This document shows, piece after piece, positions 63,469 through 64,000 of a stretch of 64,000 nucleotides of DNA (position 1 is its first letter; each line of letters opens with the position of its first letter). The translations under genes and the position numbers were made by a program. The DNA is from Camelus dromedarius (Eukaryota), in assembly GCF_036321535.1 (NCBI RefSeq), contig NC_087436.1, positions 111,168,001 to 111,232,000 on the forward strand, written 5' to 3'. The notes beneath the pieces are model-generated. The model saw only the letters and a program-made list of their open reading frames with translations. It was not told the origin of the DNA and did no database searches.

Positions 63469-64000
63469 TAAGGAAGAAAGCCAGGCAAAAACAATGCACA
63501 AAAGGTTTAATTCCACTGACTGATCAACTTGTGGAAAGGTGTTTCAACAGCAATCGAACAAATGGTGTAAGGGAGACACTCTTCACCTTTTAAATTGGAA
63601 GATATTTCAAGATCCACAGCAGCTTTTTTGGCAAGGGTATGGGAAGACATGCATTTTTATGCACTATTAATGATTATAAGTTGAAATAACTTCTGCAGAA
63701 CAGTATAGAAAAATATATCCACATTTAAAATTTGCTTACTCTTTGAAACTGGCTTATTCTAGGATTTATTCCTATGGAAATACTTGCACATCTGTGCAAA
63801 GATATATGTATGATGTCTTGAAGGAAGTTACCTTGATGCAATGGTCACCTCCAAATATACTACCAGGCAGGCTATCCCAAATGTCATGGACAGGAAACTT
63901 CACAGCCCAAATTTAAATGCTCATATCACAAGGTTTATTGAATCACTTTTAAATAAAAGTCTGTCGGAAGGTATAGTGAAGGTTAAGACACTTAGGATAG

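Noticed and set aside
1..64000. CRISPR arrays, tRNA/rRNA genes, prokaryotic operons or defence systems
   Set aside because: The sequence is mammalian. I saw no repeat-spacer array or structured RNA gene, though a small snoRNA or miRNA cannot be excluded without an Rfam/Infernal search.
56000..64000. Exons of the next syntenic gene (FAM184B)
   Set aside because: No CpG island or recognisable coding exon; the region is mostly old repeats.

Overview
This is mammalian genomic DNA from the LCORL-NCAPG-DCAF16 locus, not prokaryotic sequence, so most ORFs in the track are spurious or repeat-derived. I traced all 21 coding exons of NCAPG (condensin I subunit G) on the minus strand (ATG 41295, TAG 4928). 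They are phase-consistent, sum to 3048 nt (1015 aa) and include one GC-AG intron. The terminal exon and 3'UTR of LCORL lie on the plus strand (from 2415) and converge on the NCAPG 3' end. DCAF16 (single coding exon, 50596-51246, 216 aa) is transcribed divergently from a shared CpG-island promoter with CDE/CHR, NRF1 and ETS motifs. The remainder is mostly transposon-derived: a nested L1 cluster in NCAPG intron 3, L2, MIR, hAT MITEs and solo LTRs. The L1 tails, and the lack of recognisable Alu, Bov, PRE or CAN SINEs, suggest a cetartiodactyl, possibly a camelid (inference). I found no clearly new biological system. The best leads are regulatory: a probable retained or optional 198-nt intron plus uORFs in the DCAF16 leader, a dual-frame LCORL last exon with sense-antisense overlap, and a TATA-bearing solo LTR pointing at the NCAPG promoter. 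Repeat family names come from memory of consensus sequences, not from a database search.
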